Shown in pieces: positions 20,801-32,052 of a DNA stretch of 64,000 nt (position 1 is its first letter; each line of letters opens with the position of its first letter). The stretch is from Leptolyngbyaceae cyanobacterium (GTDB lineage: Bacteria; Cyanobacteriota; Cyanobacteriia; Phormidesmidales; Phormidesmidaceae): assembly GCA_050331235.1 (NCBI GenBank), contig JBHJHA010000053.1, positions 1 to 64,000 of the forward strand, read 5' to 3'. Below the pieces are notes generated by a model. The model was given only the letters and a program-made list of their open reading frames with translations, was not told the DNA's origin and ran no database searches. A program made the position numbers and the translations under genes.

Positions 20801-21472
20801 TCACCGCTGATGGCGTTTGAGCGCTAGGGTCAAACCATCTCCCACTGGCAGCAGGCTCAAATCAACTCGTGTATCGGCCACAATTTTTTGATTGAGGGCG
20901 CGGATCCGCTGAGTACGGTTATCGGTCACAGTGGTATCCGCTACCCGACCCGACCATAGGACATTGTCGATCGCGATCAGTCCCCCCGGTTTAACCAGTT
21001 GCAGCGCCTGCTCATAGTAGGTGTCATAGTTACTCTTATCGGCGTCGATAAAGACAAAGTCAAAGGTCTCGGTTTTGCCGGCCTCAATTAGCTGCTGCAG
21101 GGTTTCGATCGCCGGGGCAAGGCGCAAGTCAATCTTGTGAGTAACCCCGGCCAGCTGCCAGTATTTGCGCGCGATCGCGGTGTACTCTGCATTCACATCG
21201 CAAGCCACCAGTCGGCCCTCTGGGGGCAGGGCTAGCGCCACAGCTAGGGCGCTATAGCCAGTGAAAACGCCAATTTCCAAAGCATTTTGCACATTTGCCA
21301 GCTTTATCAGCAGCGCCATAAACTGTCCTTGCTCAGGGGAGATTTGCATTTGACCCATCACGTGGGTGGCCGTTTCAGCGCGCAGTTTTGCTAACGTAGA
21401 GTGCTCCCGCAGCGAAACGGAGAGCAAATAGTGATACAGATCGGTGCCTAGCCCAATACTTTGATTAGACAT
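20801..21472 (-). CDS. SAM-dependent O-methyltransferase (caffeoyl-CoA OMT-like)
   Basis: LEIGVFTGYSAL, FDFVFIDADK, IDNVLWSG. Confidence 0.92.
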   Translation of the reverse strand: MSNQSIGLGTDLYHYLLSVSLREHSTLAKLRAETATHVMGQMQISPEQGQFMALLIKLANVQNALEIGVFTGYSALAVALALPPEGRLVACDVNAEYTAIARKYWQLAGVTHKIDLRLAPAIETLQQLIEAGKTETFDFVFIDADKSNYDTYYEQALQLVKPGGLIAIDNVLWSGRVADTTVTDNRTQRIRALNQKIVADTRVDLSLLPVGDGLTLALKRHQR

Positions 21473-21843
21473 GGTGTGGGTTTACTCCTGGGCCAACGAT
21501 GTTGATTCTTTAGGAGATCGGTCATTGGGGAATCTCGACGCCCTCAGGTGATTGCGGTTAGGGCCGCTGGTCACCCATGCCAAAATGGGATGGATGGGCG
21601 ATCGCCTAACGGTAATTGCCCAAACTTGGGCACGCCGCAAGGTCTCCCTCAGAACTGCCTGACCGCAAGCTACCACAAATCCTGTTGCCCTCTTGAGCGC
21701 GCCGACTGCAGACTACCCGGTCGCATTAGGTCAGTGGGGTGATGATGTTCAGGTTTAAACCAGTTCGGCAGCAATCCTGATATTGATAGCAGTCGCAAAC
21801 GCGGCATCTTACTTTAAGATTAGATTAACTATTGACTGAGATC

Positions 21844-22041
21844 ATGGAAAATACCCACTTTGTTCAATTGTCTGCACTGCCGGGCTGGATTATTGGGATT
21901 AGCCACACGTATCAGCAAGGCTATCGATGTTGGATCATTAACTCAGCCTTAGATGTCCTGAGTGATGGTTATCAATATTCCACCAGTAGTGCGGCTCTGA
22001 CGGCAGGCCGCACCTATATTGAGCGACAGCATGAAGCGTAA
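21844..22041 (+). CDS. Small hypothetical protein
   Basis: Compact ORF with a protein-like pattern (GYRCWII...YSTSSAALTAGRTYIE) filling an intergenic gap. Confidence 0.5.
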   Translation: MENTHFVQLSALPGWIIGISHTYQQGYRCWIINSALDVLSDGYQYSTSSAALTAGRTYIERQHEA

Positions 22042-22231
22042 ACTCTGAAGCTTTGAAGTACTGGTCGCTGTTTCTCGGTAGGGATGGCTACTGGCTGCAG
22101 TTTCAGAGATCGTTGTTTCGCTTTGTGCCAAAAGGGTGGGTGCGTCATTGAGGCGATTTTTAGGGCGGCCAGTCGTAGCACTTGGTAGGCATACCTGATA
22201 ATGTGAAAAGTTGTAAAGCTTGGGAATAACA

Positions 22232-22696
22232 ATGCCCTTACCAACAAATCTCGCAACTCTTGATGGTGCTCCCCTACCCGCTGAGGAACTTCAAGGCAAA
22301 GCCATTTTGTTTGTCAATGTTGCTAGTAAGTGCGGTCTGACACCTCAATACGAGGGTCTGGTGAAACTTGATAAGGAATATGGCGATCGCGATTTGATGA
22401 TTGTCGGCGTCCCTTGCAACCAATTTGGTCAGCAGGAGCCGGGCAGCCCTGATGAAATTAAGGAATTCACCCAGTCTAAGTACGACGTTGATTTTACGCT
22501 CTTAGAAAAGCAAGACGTCAATGGTCCTAACCGCAGTCCTCTCTATCAATTCTTGGTGGGTGACGGCGAAGACATCGCCTGGAATTTTGGTAAGTTCGTC
22601 GTCGACCGCGAAGGTCATGTTGTTGCTCGCTTTGAGCCTCAGACCCCCCCAGACGACGCTGCACTCAAAGCCGCGATTGAAAAAGCTCTGGGCTAG
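22232..22696 (+). CDS. gpx: Glutathione peroxidase family protein (Cys type)
   Basis: VNVASKCGLTPQY, PCNQFGQQEPG, WNFGKF. Confidence 0.93.
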   Translation: MPLPTNLATLDGAPLPAEELQGKAILFVNVASKCGLTPQYEGLVKLDKEYGDRDLMIVGVPCNQFGQQEPGSPDEIKEFTQSKYDVDFTLLEKQDVNGPNRSPLYQFLVGDGEDIAWNFGKFVVDREGHVVARFEPQTPPDDAALKAAIEKALG

Positions 22697-22732
22697 TTCC
22701 TAGCGCTCAATTGCACCTGAGGGAATAAAAGA

Positions 22733-22764
22733 AAGAATGACGTCCCGGCCGGGGCGTCATTCTT
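22733..22764. terminator. Hairpin between convergent gpx and ftsY (probably bidirectional terminator)
   Basis: AAGAATGACGTCCC-GGCC-GGGGCGTCATTCTT with an A-rich left flank. Confidence 0.7.
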
Positions 22765-22801
22765 GTTAAAACTGCCAAATTTGCCCAACGTTTGCCCTTC
22801 G

Positions 22802-24502
22802 CTAGCCGCTGAGTAACGCCTCGACAAACTCATAGCTGGAGAACGGTCGCAAATCTTCAATGCCTTCGCCAGCGCCGATAAATCGAATGGGCAGTCCGAG
22901 CTGCTGCACCACTGCCAAGGCTACGCCGCCGCGGGCAGTGCCATCTAGCTTTGTCAGGACAACGCCGCTCAAGTTCGCTGCTTCAGCAAATACTTTGGCT
23001 TGCTGGAGGCCGTTTTGACCGAGGGTAGCATCGAGGACTAACAGAGACTCTATCTGGGCCTCCGGTGCCTTTTTGTCGATAATCCGGCGAATTTTTGACA
23101 ACTCTTCCATCAAATTTTTCTTGTTTTGCAGGCGGCCGGCAGTGTCAACCAGGAGGAGTTCGCACTGGCGCGATTGTGCAGCAGCGATCGCATCGAAAAC
23201 TACCGCTGCTGGGTCGGTGTTCTTACCAGGATTAGCAATCACATCGACATCGCTGCGGGCTCCCCAGGCTTTGACTTGCTCCACCGCTGCCGCACGAAAA
23301 GTATCAGCAGCCCCAATCAAACAGTTATAGCCGGACTTTTTAGCAATGTGGGCTAGCTTCCCAATGGTGGTGGTTTTGCCCGCGCCATTGACGCCGGTCA
23401 TCAGCCAAATGTTGAAAGTGCCCTTGTCCGGGACGAACTCCAAATTATGGGAATCGCCCAGCGGGGCATCGAGCATGTCGCGTAAAAGCTGCTTCAAGTA
23501 GGCGATCGCCTGCTCCGGAGGTAGAGCTTCTTCTCGGAGTCGTGCCTGTAGGGACTCAATAATCGTGTCAGTGGCTTCTACGCCGACGTCTGCCTGCAGC
23601 AATAGGGCTTCGATCTCAAAGACAGCATCCTCGTTGAGGGGGCCTTGGCCCACGATCGCCTTGAGCTGATTGACCAATCCTCGGCGGGTTTTGTCCAATC
23701 CCTGACGCAGTTTGTTGAGCCAGGTAATTTCCTCAATCGAGATATCCGCTGCTTGTCGGCCTTGGCCGGCCAAGACTTCCGCTGACCATAGGAACGCTTC
23801 ATCGAAGTTGATATCGGGGAGTAACTGCTCTGGTTCAGTTGTGGCGGTGACGGTTGGTTCCGGTTCCGGCTCAGGTTCGGCGATCGCGGTTTCTTGCAGG
23901 CGCTCCAGTCGAGCCTGACGCTCCGTCGCTGACTGCATCCAAGCAGGACCAGCGACGGACGGCTCTGGAGTTGCCGGTGCTTCGACAGGGATGACTTCAG
24001 AAGTCTCAACGGCCGCAGAGGTCGTGGTCTTGGGCTCAGTGGCAGCTGGTGTAACTGCCGTCTCTTCCACTTCCGGGATCGGTTTTGTCTCTACAACCTC
24101 GTCAGTGGTTTCAGGAGAAGCTGTCGCTGGGGAAGCACCCGCCTCGATTTCAGGCGATGCTGCCGTTGCTGGCTCAGCAATAGTCGTCTCTGAGACCAAC
24201 GTAGCGGGGGGCCCCTCCCCATCGACCGGTGGCGTCGGCGTGTCAGTTGCGAAATCTACAGAATCTGCCGACGTTTCAGCCGGTGGGTCAGCGGTTTCGC
24301 TAGCCTGTTGCTTTTGGATGTTTTGATAGGCGGCTTTCGCCCAGGCCAAGTAGTCTTCAGAACTCATGGCCGGCGTCTTGGGCTCGTCAGCCGGTGGCTG
24401 CTCCGATTGATGCGCCGAGGGCGCCGGCGACTTTGGCGTCTCAGACTTGTCAGCGTCTGATGATTTGTTGAAACTACGGCTAAACCAGTTGAAATTGGCC
24501 AT
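22802..24502 (-). CDS. ftsY: SRP receptor FtsY with long acidic, Pro-rich N-terminal region
   Basis: GVNGAGKTTTIGKLA, DTFRAAA, DTAGR, TKLDGTARGG. Confidence 0.96.
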   Translation of the reverse strand: MANFNWFSRSFNKSSDADKSETPKSPAPSAHQSEQPPADEPKTPAMSSEDYLAWAKAAYQNIQKQQASETADPPAETSADSVDFATDTPTPPVDGEGPPATLVSETTIAEPATAASPEIEAGASPATASPETTDEVVETKPIPEVEETAVTPAATEPKTTTSAAVETSEVIPVEAPATPEPSVAGPAWMQSATERQARLERLQETAIAEPEPEPEPTVTATTEPEQLLPDINFDEAFLWSAEVLAGQGRQAADISIEEITWLNKLRQGLDKTRRGLVNQLKAIVGQGPLNEDAVFEIEALLLQADVGVEATDTIIESLQARLREEALPPEQAIAYLKQLLRDMLDAPLGDSHNLEFVPDKGTFNIWLMTGVNGAGKTTTIGKLAHIAKKSGYNCLIGAADTFRAAAVEQVKAWGARSDVDVIANPGKNTDPAAVVFDAIAAAQSRQCELLLVDTAGRLQNKKNLMEELSKIRRIIDKKAPEAQIESLLVLDATLGQNGLQQAKVFAEAANLSGVVLTKLDGTARGGVALAVVQQLGLPIRFIGAGEGIEDLRPFSSYEFVEALLSG

Positions 24503-24552
24503 GGGTCGCGGTAAACAGCAATGACAGCAAGGAACAGCGGTTGACTTTCACC

Positions 24553-25254
24553 TTATACCAGCGACGACGAATCTGAGTCAGTAGAGGGAGTCGCCGGAGC
24601 TGAAACGCCTGGCTCAGGAGTGGTCTTGTCTGCAATCGGATTTAAAAATCGATTGACCCAGCGTCGGAGTACGCCGTTAATAAACCGGAAACCATCTTCA
24701 TCGCTGTAGCGTTTAGCAATTTCGATCGCTTCATTGATAGCGACTCGATCCGGAACGCCCAGATGCTTCATTTCAGTAACGGCAATGCGCAAAACGTCGC
24801 GGTCTAATTGAGGTAGTCGCTTGATTTGCCAAGAAACCATCGCTTCGTTGAGTTCTTGGTCCACTTCCGAGCGATGTTGGGTCGTCACCGATATCAGCTG
24901 AATCGCATAGCTGCGCACTTCTTTACGGTTGGAAAGCTGAATCATCTCGGGGAGTTGGAGCGCTCCCCCTAGGCGATTAATCGCCGTTTGAGTCTTGTCC
25001 AAGGCCGCCTTGAGCGAGGTCCGGGCCTTGTCAATGCTGTCAGCCCGGGTTTCACTCTCTAGTAAATGATCTTGGCTCTGCTGGACTTCCCCGGCAGCCA
25101 CTTCCAAGGCATCCTGCACCTCATTGGCCAGCGATCGCACGGCGGCGGTGACTAGGGCGTCCAGTTCTTGGCTGGATAATGCCTCTGGTTTGTTGACATT
25201 GATCTGGCTCAAGCCTAAGAGTGCAAGTTCTCTGGCAAAACGACGAGGCTGCAT
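24553..25254 (-). CDS. nusB: Transcription antitermination factor NusB
   Basis: RRFARELAL, LDRDVLRIAV, VAINEAIEIAKRYS, FINGVLRR. Confidence 0.93.
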   Translation of the reverse strand: MQPRRFARELALLGLSQINVNKPEALSSQELDALVTAAVRSLANEVQDALEVAAGEVQQSQDHLLESETRADSIDKARTSLKAALDKTQTAINRLGGALQLPEMIQLSNRKEVRSYAIQLISVTTQHRSEVDQELNEAMVSWQIKRLPQLDRDVLRIAVTEMKHLGVPDRVAINEAIEIAKRYSDEDGFRFINGVLRRWVNRFLNPIADKTTPEPGVSAPATPSTDSDSSSLV

Positions 25255-25536
25255 GGAAGAAGAGTTCCGAAAATAATCGCTTAGTGATCTTAGCAGGCTT
25301 ATTTGTTGTCCTTATGGCGACATTTAAGTTGAGCCTGTGCAGATTATCCAGAAAAGGGGCGAAGGACTTGGTAGCCAGGTTCCGGGGTGCCTTACCAATC
25401 CGTACAGCGCTATAAATCATGGAAAAGTAATCAAGGATTTTAATTGTCACCGTTTCTCGCCAGCTCTCAGGGAGAACTCAGGTTGTCTATTTAAAGTCAG
25501 TTGTCATTGGCGATTCACAAGTCTAGGAGAATCATC

Positions 25537-26106
25537 ATGCAACTGATCGTGACCACCGCTTTGTTCATAGGCACCCTTTTGTCCGTCGGCTGCAGCTTCA
25601 AATCGGCCACCTCAGGGGTTTCTGAGACTGCCACTGAGTCAATAGCTGCCGAATCAGCAACTCCCACTACCGCTGAAGTTGTGACATCTGAAGCAAAGGC
25701 AGAAGTCCCGGCTGAGCCAGAGCCAACGTTAGCGGCTGTATTTGTCGCTGATGATGCCGCGATCGCTGGGGCTGACCCCGTTGCTTACTTTACCGAATCG
25801 GCCTATGTGCCTGGTCAGCCTGAGTTTGCCTACGAATGGAGCGGCGCGACATGGCATTTTGCCAGTGCAGAAAATCGTGATGCGTTTGCTAACGATCCGA
25901 CCGCTTATGCCCCTGCCTATGGCGGTTTTTGCGCTTGGGCCGTGAGTCAGGGATATACTGCCCCCATCGACCCCGAGGCTTGGAAAATCGTTGATAACAA
26001 GCTGTATTTAAACTATGACCAACGGATCCAGGCTCGGTGGGCCCAGGACATTCCTAAGCACATCGCCCAAGCGGATAGCAATTGGCCTGCGGTCCTGGAA
26101 AATTAG
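25537..26106 (+). CDS. YHS-related periplasmic lipoprotein
   Basis: Lipobox-like LSVGC; GADPVAYF, WHFASAENR, YAPAYGGFCAW, KLYLNY. Confidence 0.75.
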   Translation: MQLIVTTALFIGTLLSVGCSFKSATSGVSETATESIAAESATPTTAEVVTSEAKAEVPAEPEPTLAAVFVADDAAIAGADPVAYFTESAYVPGQPEFAYEWSGATWHFASAENRDAFANDPTAYAPAYGGFCAWAVSQGYTAPIDPEAWKIVDNKLYLNYDQRIQARWAQDIPKHIAQADSNWPAVLEN

Positions 26107-26311
26107 GCCCCTTATTTTGCTGCGCCCTACGTTATGCATCGATGATCCTACGGTGCTTAACGATGTGAAATGTCGCCGCGATCGCAAACGTCATGCGGTA
26201 CCCTTGGTAAGCAATTGATGGCGGTTGAGGGCCTTGAGCCGACGTCATCGATGCATAAATGCTTTTGCATGGGACCTTTTAGGCGATTGCGACTACACAC
26301 CAGCGATATCT

Positions 26312-28123
26312 ATGGCGCTTATTGTTCAAAAGTTTGGGGGCACCTCAGTCGGGTCAGTTGAGCGAATTCAGGCGGTTGCCCAGCGCGTTCGGCAAACTGT
26401 TCTCGCTGGGAACCAAGTCGCGGTTGTTGTCTCAGCCATGGGCAAAACCACCGATGGTTTAGTCAAGCTGGCCAATGACATTGCAACTAATCCGAGCCGC
26501 CGCGAAATGGACATGCTGCTGTCCACGGGGGAGCAGGTTTCGATCGCCCTGCTGACCATGGCCCTACACAGCCTTGAGCAAGAAGCGATTTCGCTGACGG
26601 GGGCGCAGGTGGGCATTGTCACTGAGGCTGACCACAGTCGGGCCCGCATTCTCAACATTCGCACTGAGCGCTTACAGCGTCATTTGACGGATGGCAAAGT
26701 TGTGGTAATTGCCGGATTTCAAGGCATTAGCTCAAGCACTGATTTTGAAATTACAACTTTGGGACGAGGGGGGTCTGACACCTCGGCAGTAGCCCTAGCG
26801 GCGGCCCTCGGAGCCGACAAGTGTGAGATTTACACCGATGTTCCCGGTATTTTGACGACGGATCCGCGGCTGGTACCAGCCGCACAGCTGATGTCAACCA
26901 TTACCTGTGACGAGATGCTGGAACTTGCCAGTTTGGGGGCAAAAGTGCTGCATCCCCGTGCGGTGGAAATTGCCAGGAACTATGGCGTCCCTTTGGTGGT
27001 GCGCTCTAGCTGGACAGAGGCGCCCGGGACCTTAGTGGAGGCACCAGCGCGCCAGCCGCGCTCCTTAGAAGGATTGGAACTGGCCCACCCGGTCGATGCC
27101 ATTGAGTTTGATCTGGATCAGGCTAAGGTGGCCCTGCTGCGGGTGCCTGACTGTCCGGGGGTGGCTGCTCGGCTATTTGGCGAAATTGCTGACCAGCACT
27201 TGAATGTTGATTTGATTATTCAGTCGATCCATGACGGCAACACCAATGACATTGCGTTTACAGTAGTGCGCTCAAATTTGGCTAAAGCCGAAGCGGTAGC
27301 AGCCGCGATCGCCCCCATCCTCCGGGAAAACGCAGCGGATGTCACCCAGGCTGAAATTCTAGTTGACCAACGCGTCGCCAAGGTCAGTATTGCGGGTGCA
27401 GGCATGATTGGCCGTCCGGGAGTGGCCGCCACGATGTTTTCGACCTTGGCTGAGGCCGGTGTCAATATTCAAATGATTTCCACTTCCGAGGTCAAGGTGA
27501 GCTGCACGGTCAAAGTCGAGGACTGCGATCGCGCGCTTAAGGCTCTGTGCCAAGCCTTTCAAGTCACCTCATCCCCGCTCAACCAGACAGCTGATCGATT
27601 GGTCTCTAAGCAGGCTCCCGAGGTGCGGGGCGCGGCTTTAGATACTAAACAGGCTCAAATTGCCATTCGCCAAGTGCCGGATCAGCCGGGAATGGCGGCA
27701 AAAATCTTTGCCCTTCTCGCGACTGCTGGGGTCAGTGTTGACATGATTATCCAGTCCCAGCGCTGTCGCTCAATCAATGGTCAAACTACTCGCGATATCG
27801 CCTTTACCGTCACTGAAGCAGAGGCCGCCCAAGCCCAAGCCGTGGTCGAAAATGCTGCTGCCGAGTGGGGCTGTGGAGCTGTGGTGGTCACCTCGGCAAT
27901 TGCTAAAGTGAGCGTTGTCGGTCTTGGCATGATCAACACTCCCGGCGTCGCAGCGCGGATGTTCTCTGCTCTGGCCCAACAGCGCATCAATATTCAAATG
28001 ATTGCCACATCGGAGATTAAGATCAGCTGTCTCGTGGCGGAAGACGATGGAGTAAAAGCGCTCCAGGCCGTGCACGAGGCGTTTCAGCTAGACGGCCTCG
28101 AAAAAGTCGTTGTACCAGCCTAA
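26312..28123 (+). CDS. lysC: Aspartate kinase, cyanobacterial four-ACT type
   Basis: MALIVQKFGGTSV, TTLGRGGSDTSAV, duplicated ACT pairs (IQMISTSEVK / IQMIATSEIK). Confidence 0.96.
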   Translation: MALIVQKFGGTSVGSVERIQAVAQRVRQTVLAGNQVAVVVSAMGKTTDGLVKLANDIATNPSRREMDMLLSTGEQVSIALLTMALHSLEQEAISLTGAQVGIVTEADHSRARILNIRTERLQRHLTDGKVVVIAGFQGISSSTDFEITTLGRGGSDTSAVALAAALGADKCEIYTDVPGILTTDPRLVPAAQLMSTITCDEMLELASLGAKVLHPRAVEIARNYGVPLVVRSSWTEAPGTLVEAPARQPRSLEGLELAHPVDAIEFDLDQAKVALLRVPDCPGVAARLFGEIADQHLNVDLIIQSIHDGNTNDIAFTVVRSNLAKAEAVAAAIAPILRENAADVTQAEILVDQRVAKVSIAGAGMIGRPGVAATMFSTLAEAGVNIQMISTSEVKVSCTVKVEDCDRALKALCQAFQVTSSPLNQTADRLVSKQAPEVRGAALDTKQAQIAIRQVPDQPGMAAKIFALLATAGVSVDMIIQSQRCRSINGQTTRDIAFTVTEAEAAQAQAVVENAAAEWGCGAVVVTSAIAKVSVVGLGMINTPGVAARMFSALAQQRINIQMIATSEIKISCLVAEDDGVKALQAVHEAFQLDGLEKVVVPA

Positions 28124-28341
28124 ACGACGTTCAGCATCCGGGTCTCGAATCTTTAGCCAAGCGGGTCGTCTTTCGGGTTTGGAGGCGATCGCTGACCAAT
28201 TTCAGCCCGAATCGAACCATTAGCCTGGCGAGTAGCTTCTATTAAAAAAGAAATTAGACGTTTTCTCAGAGTCTCTTGACGGAATCTCGGAAGATTGTGA
28301 TATCGTAGTTAACCGTGCTTGGAAAAGCATTACCACCTTGA

Positions 28342-28413
28342 GGGTCGCTAGCTCAGCGGTAGAGCACTCGGCTTTTAACCGATTGGTCCTGGGTTCGAAT
28401 CCCAGGCGACCCA
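28342..28413 (+). tRNA. trnK: tRNA-Lys(TTT), CCA not encoded
   Basis: Acceptor GGGTCGC/GCGACCC, D arm GCTC-AGCGGTA-GAGC, anticodon loop CT-TTT-AA, T loop TTCGAAT. Confidence 0.97.
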
Positions 28414-28872
28414 TTTTTAAGGTTTAACAAGCTTTGATTCAGCGCTAGTGCTTTAGCGTTACGTGAGGAGCTCGTTCGCCATTATTTCGGCATTTGGTTT
28501 ATTGAGTGCAGTTACTACATGCTCAACCATGAGTTGGACTGAGATAGCGCTTTTCAAGCTCTCTTTCGCTTCTCTGACGACGGCTCATTGGCACCGGGAG
28601 ACCCATTGCCTAATAGCTTCCTCCTGATGCCAATTCGATAATTAGGTCTGTGTTCATCAGGGGCTCTTAAGAGGCTAGGTGGGTACTTCAGCTTTTGTTG
28701 TTTGAGTCTTGGCAGCGATCTACAGAAAGCTATTTACTCTTAACAGAGGTTAAAGCTTTCCCTCACATAACGTTATAAAGGGGGAGATTCTGCCTTAGTA
28801 TGAGTAGGTAAGTGCACCTATTGGTGTTGAGTTACGATTGCCGAAGGCAAGAAAAAGACTAGGAGGATTTTT

Positions 28873-29952
28873 ATGGCGCTCGTCCCTATGCGGCTCATGC
28901 TGGACCACGCGGCTGAAAACGGTTACGGTATTCCAGCTTATAACGTCAACAACCTGGAGCAAATCCTGGCAATTATGGCGGCAGCTGATGAAACTGACAG
29001 CCCCGTGATTCTGCAAGCATCTCGCGGTGCTCGTAAGTATGCAGGTGAAAACTTCCTGCGTCACTTGGTTACTGCAGCCGTTGAAACTTATCCCCACATT
29101 CCCGTGGTGATGCATCAGGACCACGGCAACAGCCCTGCAACTTGCTACTCTGCTATCCGCAATGGCTTTACCAGTGTGATGATGGATGGGTCTTTGGAAG
29201 CAGACGCAAAGACTCCTGCTAGCTTTGAGTACAACGTCAGCGTTACTGCTGAAGTGGTAAAAGTAGCTCACGCGATCGGCGCTAGCGTCGAAGGTGAACT
29301 CGGTTGCTTGGGTTCCCTCGAAACCGGTGCCGGTGAAGCTGAAGACGGTCACGGGTTTGAAGGTACCCTAAGCCATGACCAATTGCTGACTGACCCCGAT
29401 GAGGCGGTGCAGTTCGTCGAAGCGACTCAGGTCGACGCTTTGGCTGTCGCGATCGGTACTAGCCACGGTGCTTACAAGTTCACCCGCAAGCCGACTGGTG
29501 AGATTCTCGCGATTAGCCGGATCGAAGAGATTCATAACCGCTTGCCCAACACTCACCTAGTGATGCACGGATCTTCTTCCGTACCTCAGGAATGGTTGGA
29601 CATGATCAACAAGTACGGCGGTGAGATCCCTGAGACCTACGGTGTACCGGTGGAAGAAATCCAAAAGGGTATCAAGAGCGGCGTGCGTAAGGTCAATATT
29701 GACACTGACAACCGTTTGGCTATCACGGCTGCGATTCGGGAAGCGGCTGCAAGCGATCCTTCTAACTTTGATCCTCGCCACTTCATGAAGCCCGCTATCA
29801 AGTACATGAAGCAGGTTTGCCGCGATCGCTACGAGGCTTTTGGGACTGCTGGCAACGCTAGCAAGATCAAGCAGGCTGGTGTTGAGGTTTTTGCTGCCAA
29901 GTATGCGGCTGGCGAACTCGATGCCAAGGTCAAGAGCACTGCTGCTGTGTAA
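28873..29952 (+). CDS. fbaA: Class II fructose-bisphosphate aldolase
   Basis: [42 protein letters not shown]. Confidence 0.97.
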   Translation: MALVPMRLMLDHAAENGYGIPAYNVNNLEQILAIMAAADETDSPVILQASRGARKYAGENFLRHLVTAAVETYPHIPVVMHQDHGNSPATCYSAIRNGFTSVMMDGSLEADAKTPASFEYNVSVTAEVVKVAHAIGASVEGELGCLGSLETGAGEAEDGHGFEGTLSHDQLLTDPDEAVQFVEATQVDALAVAIGTSHGAYKFTRKPTGEILAISRIEEIHNRLPNTHLVMHGSSSVPQEWLDMINKYGGEIPETYGVPVEEIQKGIKSGVRKVNIDTDNRLAITAAIREAAASDPSNFDPRHFMKPAIKYMKQVCRDRYEAFGTAGNASKIKQAGVEVFAAKYAAGELDAKVKSTAAV

Positions 29953-29981
29953 ATATGGCAATAGCTTTTTCCATATAGACG

Positions 29982-30014
29982 AAAGCCGCTGTCTTCTGAG
30001 ACAGCGGCTTTTTT
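29982..30014 (+). terminator. Intrinsic terminator after fbaA
   Basis: AAAGCCGCTGTCT-TCTG-AGACAGCGGCTTT followed by a T run. Confidence 0.88.
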
Positions 30015-30054
30015 TGGAAAAAATTTGTCCGTAGTTTGAGCCAGTGATCGAGGC

Positions 30055-30546
30055 CTACCAACCCCAGGTGCCAACTCCCCCTTTAAAGGGACCGACAATG
30101 TCGCTTGTAATCCATCCGCCGTAAAAGTCGCCCGCCTGGGCCTGTACCGGCTCATCATCGACATAGCAAGCGTCCATCCGGCTAGAATACACCGCAATAC
30201 AGTCTTTAATAGCAGCAAACCGTTCCGTTGGTTGAGGGTATCGCCATACTGCGTTATCAGCTCGGCTATCGCCCACGACCAAATCGAAATACTGGGCCGC
30301 ACCTTTCCATTCACAAAAAGTAGAACGCTGAACGGGGACCAGATAGTCCTGCTGTACGTCTTTGAGGGGAATGTAATAAACCGGTGGATGGCTAGTCTCT
30401 AAAACTCGCACCGTTTGCTGCGAATCGGCGATCGTGACATCGTTGAACACAATGCGAATTCGACGCGGGGAGTTTTCGACACGGGGGGGGCGAGGATAAT
30501 CCCATACCGACTCTTGGCCTGGCTGGGGTTCGATGCGCTGCACCAT
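30055..30546 (-). CDS. DUF427 domain protein
   Basis: ESVWDYPRPP, VLETSHPPVYYIP, CEWKG, FYGGWIT, GPFKG. Confidence 0.88.
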   Translation of the reverse strand: MVQRIEPQPGQESVWDYPRPPRVENSPRRIRIVFNDVTIADSQQTVRVLETSHPPVYYIPLKDVQQDYLVPVQRSTFCEWKGAAQYFDLVVGDSRADNAVWRYPQPTERFAAIKDCIAVYSSRMDACYVDDEPVQAQAGDFYGGWITSDIVGPFKGGVGTWGW

Positions 30547-30778
30547 CTATAAGGTTGCTCCTAGCTGCGAGATCACTGCTTTATATTGTGGCATGGGCGT
30601 TGGTAGGCGTCCGTATTGCTGACATTAGGCCGTTAGTTGAGTCGGGACGGCGGCACCTGGGCCGTGTATTTCATGCGGCCCAAAGTTCTATTGGTCCCTT
30701 GGAGAAGGCGTTCAAAAAACTGCCGATTAGGGAGAAAATTCTGTAAGGTTGTGAATACAGCTAGCAACGGCAGGCCGC

Positions 30779-31369
30779 GTGAGCAATTCCAATTTCAATG
30801 AACCAGAGCTCGATCCGTTGAGCCGGACTCAAATTTTAGTGGCGATGGGGGTCACAGCGATCGTTTTACTACTGATTGCTCGTTTCTGGTTGTTTTTTGA
30901 CACGGTAATCATGCTGTCCGTTGAATTTGACCCAGTTATCCTCGTTGTAGGCATCGGGATTGGCATCGGGATTACTGGAGCCAGTGGGATCGCTTATCAG
31001 GTTTGGCCTGGCTATCGCCGGAGCGCTGACGTTTACCTCAAAATGGTTTTAGAACCGCTAGCCTGGGGTGATCTGATTTGGATGGGGCTACTGCCGGGAC
31101 TGAGCGAAGAGTTGCTGTTTCGCGGAGTTATGCTGCCCGCGATCGGCTTAAACGTTTACGGCATCGTGTTTTCAAGCTTGTGCTTTGGGGTGTTGCACCT
31201 TAGCGGGCTGCAGCAATGGCCCTATGTCATTTGGGCGACCTTGATTGGTTTGGTTTTGGCCTACAGCGCTTTGCTATCGGGTAACTTGTTAGTGCCTATC
31301 GTGGCCCACGTCAGCACCAATCTACTCGCCAGCATAGTTTGGAAAATTAAGTACGGCACTGCTGGCTAA
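30779..31369 (+). CDS. CPBP (Abi/CAAX) intramembrane metalloprotease
   Basis: EELLFRG, FGVLH and HxxxN motifs; multiple TM segments. Confidence 0.9.
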   Translation: MSNSNFNEPELDPLSRTQILVAMGVTAIVLLLIARFWLFFDTVIMLSVEFDPVILVVGIGIGIGITGASGIAYQVWPGYRRSADVYLKMVLEPLAWGDLIWMGLLPGLSEELLFRGVMLPAIGLNVYGIVFSSLCFGVLHLSGLQQWPYVIWATLIGLVLAYSALLSGNLLVPIVAHVSTNLLASIVWKIKYGTAG

Positions 31370-31541
31370 TGGCCTGTGATCAAACGGCGAGCAGGTGAGT
31401 TGGTTTAGGAACGGACTGCTCACCCTGCAAGTGCAATATCAGCAATATCAATATATACATATGATACAGACGTGCAAAAAACTCCGCTAACCTCAAATAA
31501 ATCAACGGAGTCTTAATCATGCCAGCTAAAAAAATCAGAGA

Positions 31542-32033
31542 CTAAGATTGCTGACGGTGTTGATTGCGTTTGGCGCGATCGCGACGTTTCATACGCTTAC
31601 GCTGCTCTGTTCGAGACATTGCCTTGTCCACCGGAAAACCCGCAACCGGAATGACCTGATGCTGTCGCTCTTTCTCCAACTGTTTGAGCTCAGTGTAGTC
31701 AACCCAGTGAATGCAATCGACCGGACAGGTATCGATCGCCTCTTGAATCACTTCATCACTGTCACCGTCTTGGCGAATAGTCCGAGCCCGGCCATAGTCA
31801 GGCTCGATATAAAACGTATTGCGAGCGACATGGGCACAGTGACGACAGCCGATGCAGGTCAGTTCATCTACATAAACACCCTTTTGCCGTAAAATGCCGC
31901 CGAGCTCGGGCTCATAGCCAGTCTGCTCAGCAGCATCTCTTAGGTCACCTCCAAGCTCAGGCTCTAAACCGCTTGGAGACGACTCTTCAAAACCGTCGGC
32001 TTTCATAAAAGCCTCGTCAAATTCTTGGGGCAT
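31542..32033 (-). CDS. 4Fe-4S-type ferredoxin (Fed7-like)
   Basis: CIGCRHC and CPVDCIHW; last gene of the DUF2997-ycf35-ferredoxin cluster; ATG at 32033. Confidence 0.85.
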   Translation of the reverse strand: MPQEFDEAFMKADGFEESSPSGLEPELGGDLRDAAEQTGYEPELGGILRQKGVYVDELTCIGCRHCAHVARNTFYIEPDYGRARTIRQDGDSDEVIQEAIDTCPVDCIHWVDYTELKQLEKERQHQVIPVAGFPVDKAMSRTEQRKRMKRRDRAKRNQHRQQS

Positions 32034-32052
32034 TAAGCTTCCCCGATAGTAA

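Noticed and set aside
21482..21742. Overlapping 64-aa ORFs on opposite strands
   Set aside because: No motifs, RBS or hydrophobic features to support either.
23850..24450. Low-complexity P/E/T/A tract in ftsY as a separate repeat element
   Set aside because: Typical acidic, disordered FtsY N-terminal region.
28414..28870. Integrative element at tRNA-Lys
   Set aside because: No integrase and no duplicated tRNA 3' end seen; fbaA follows directly.
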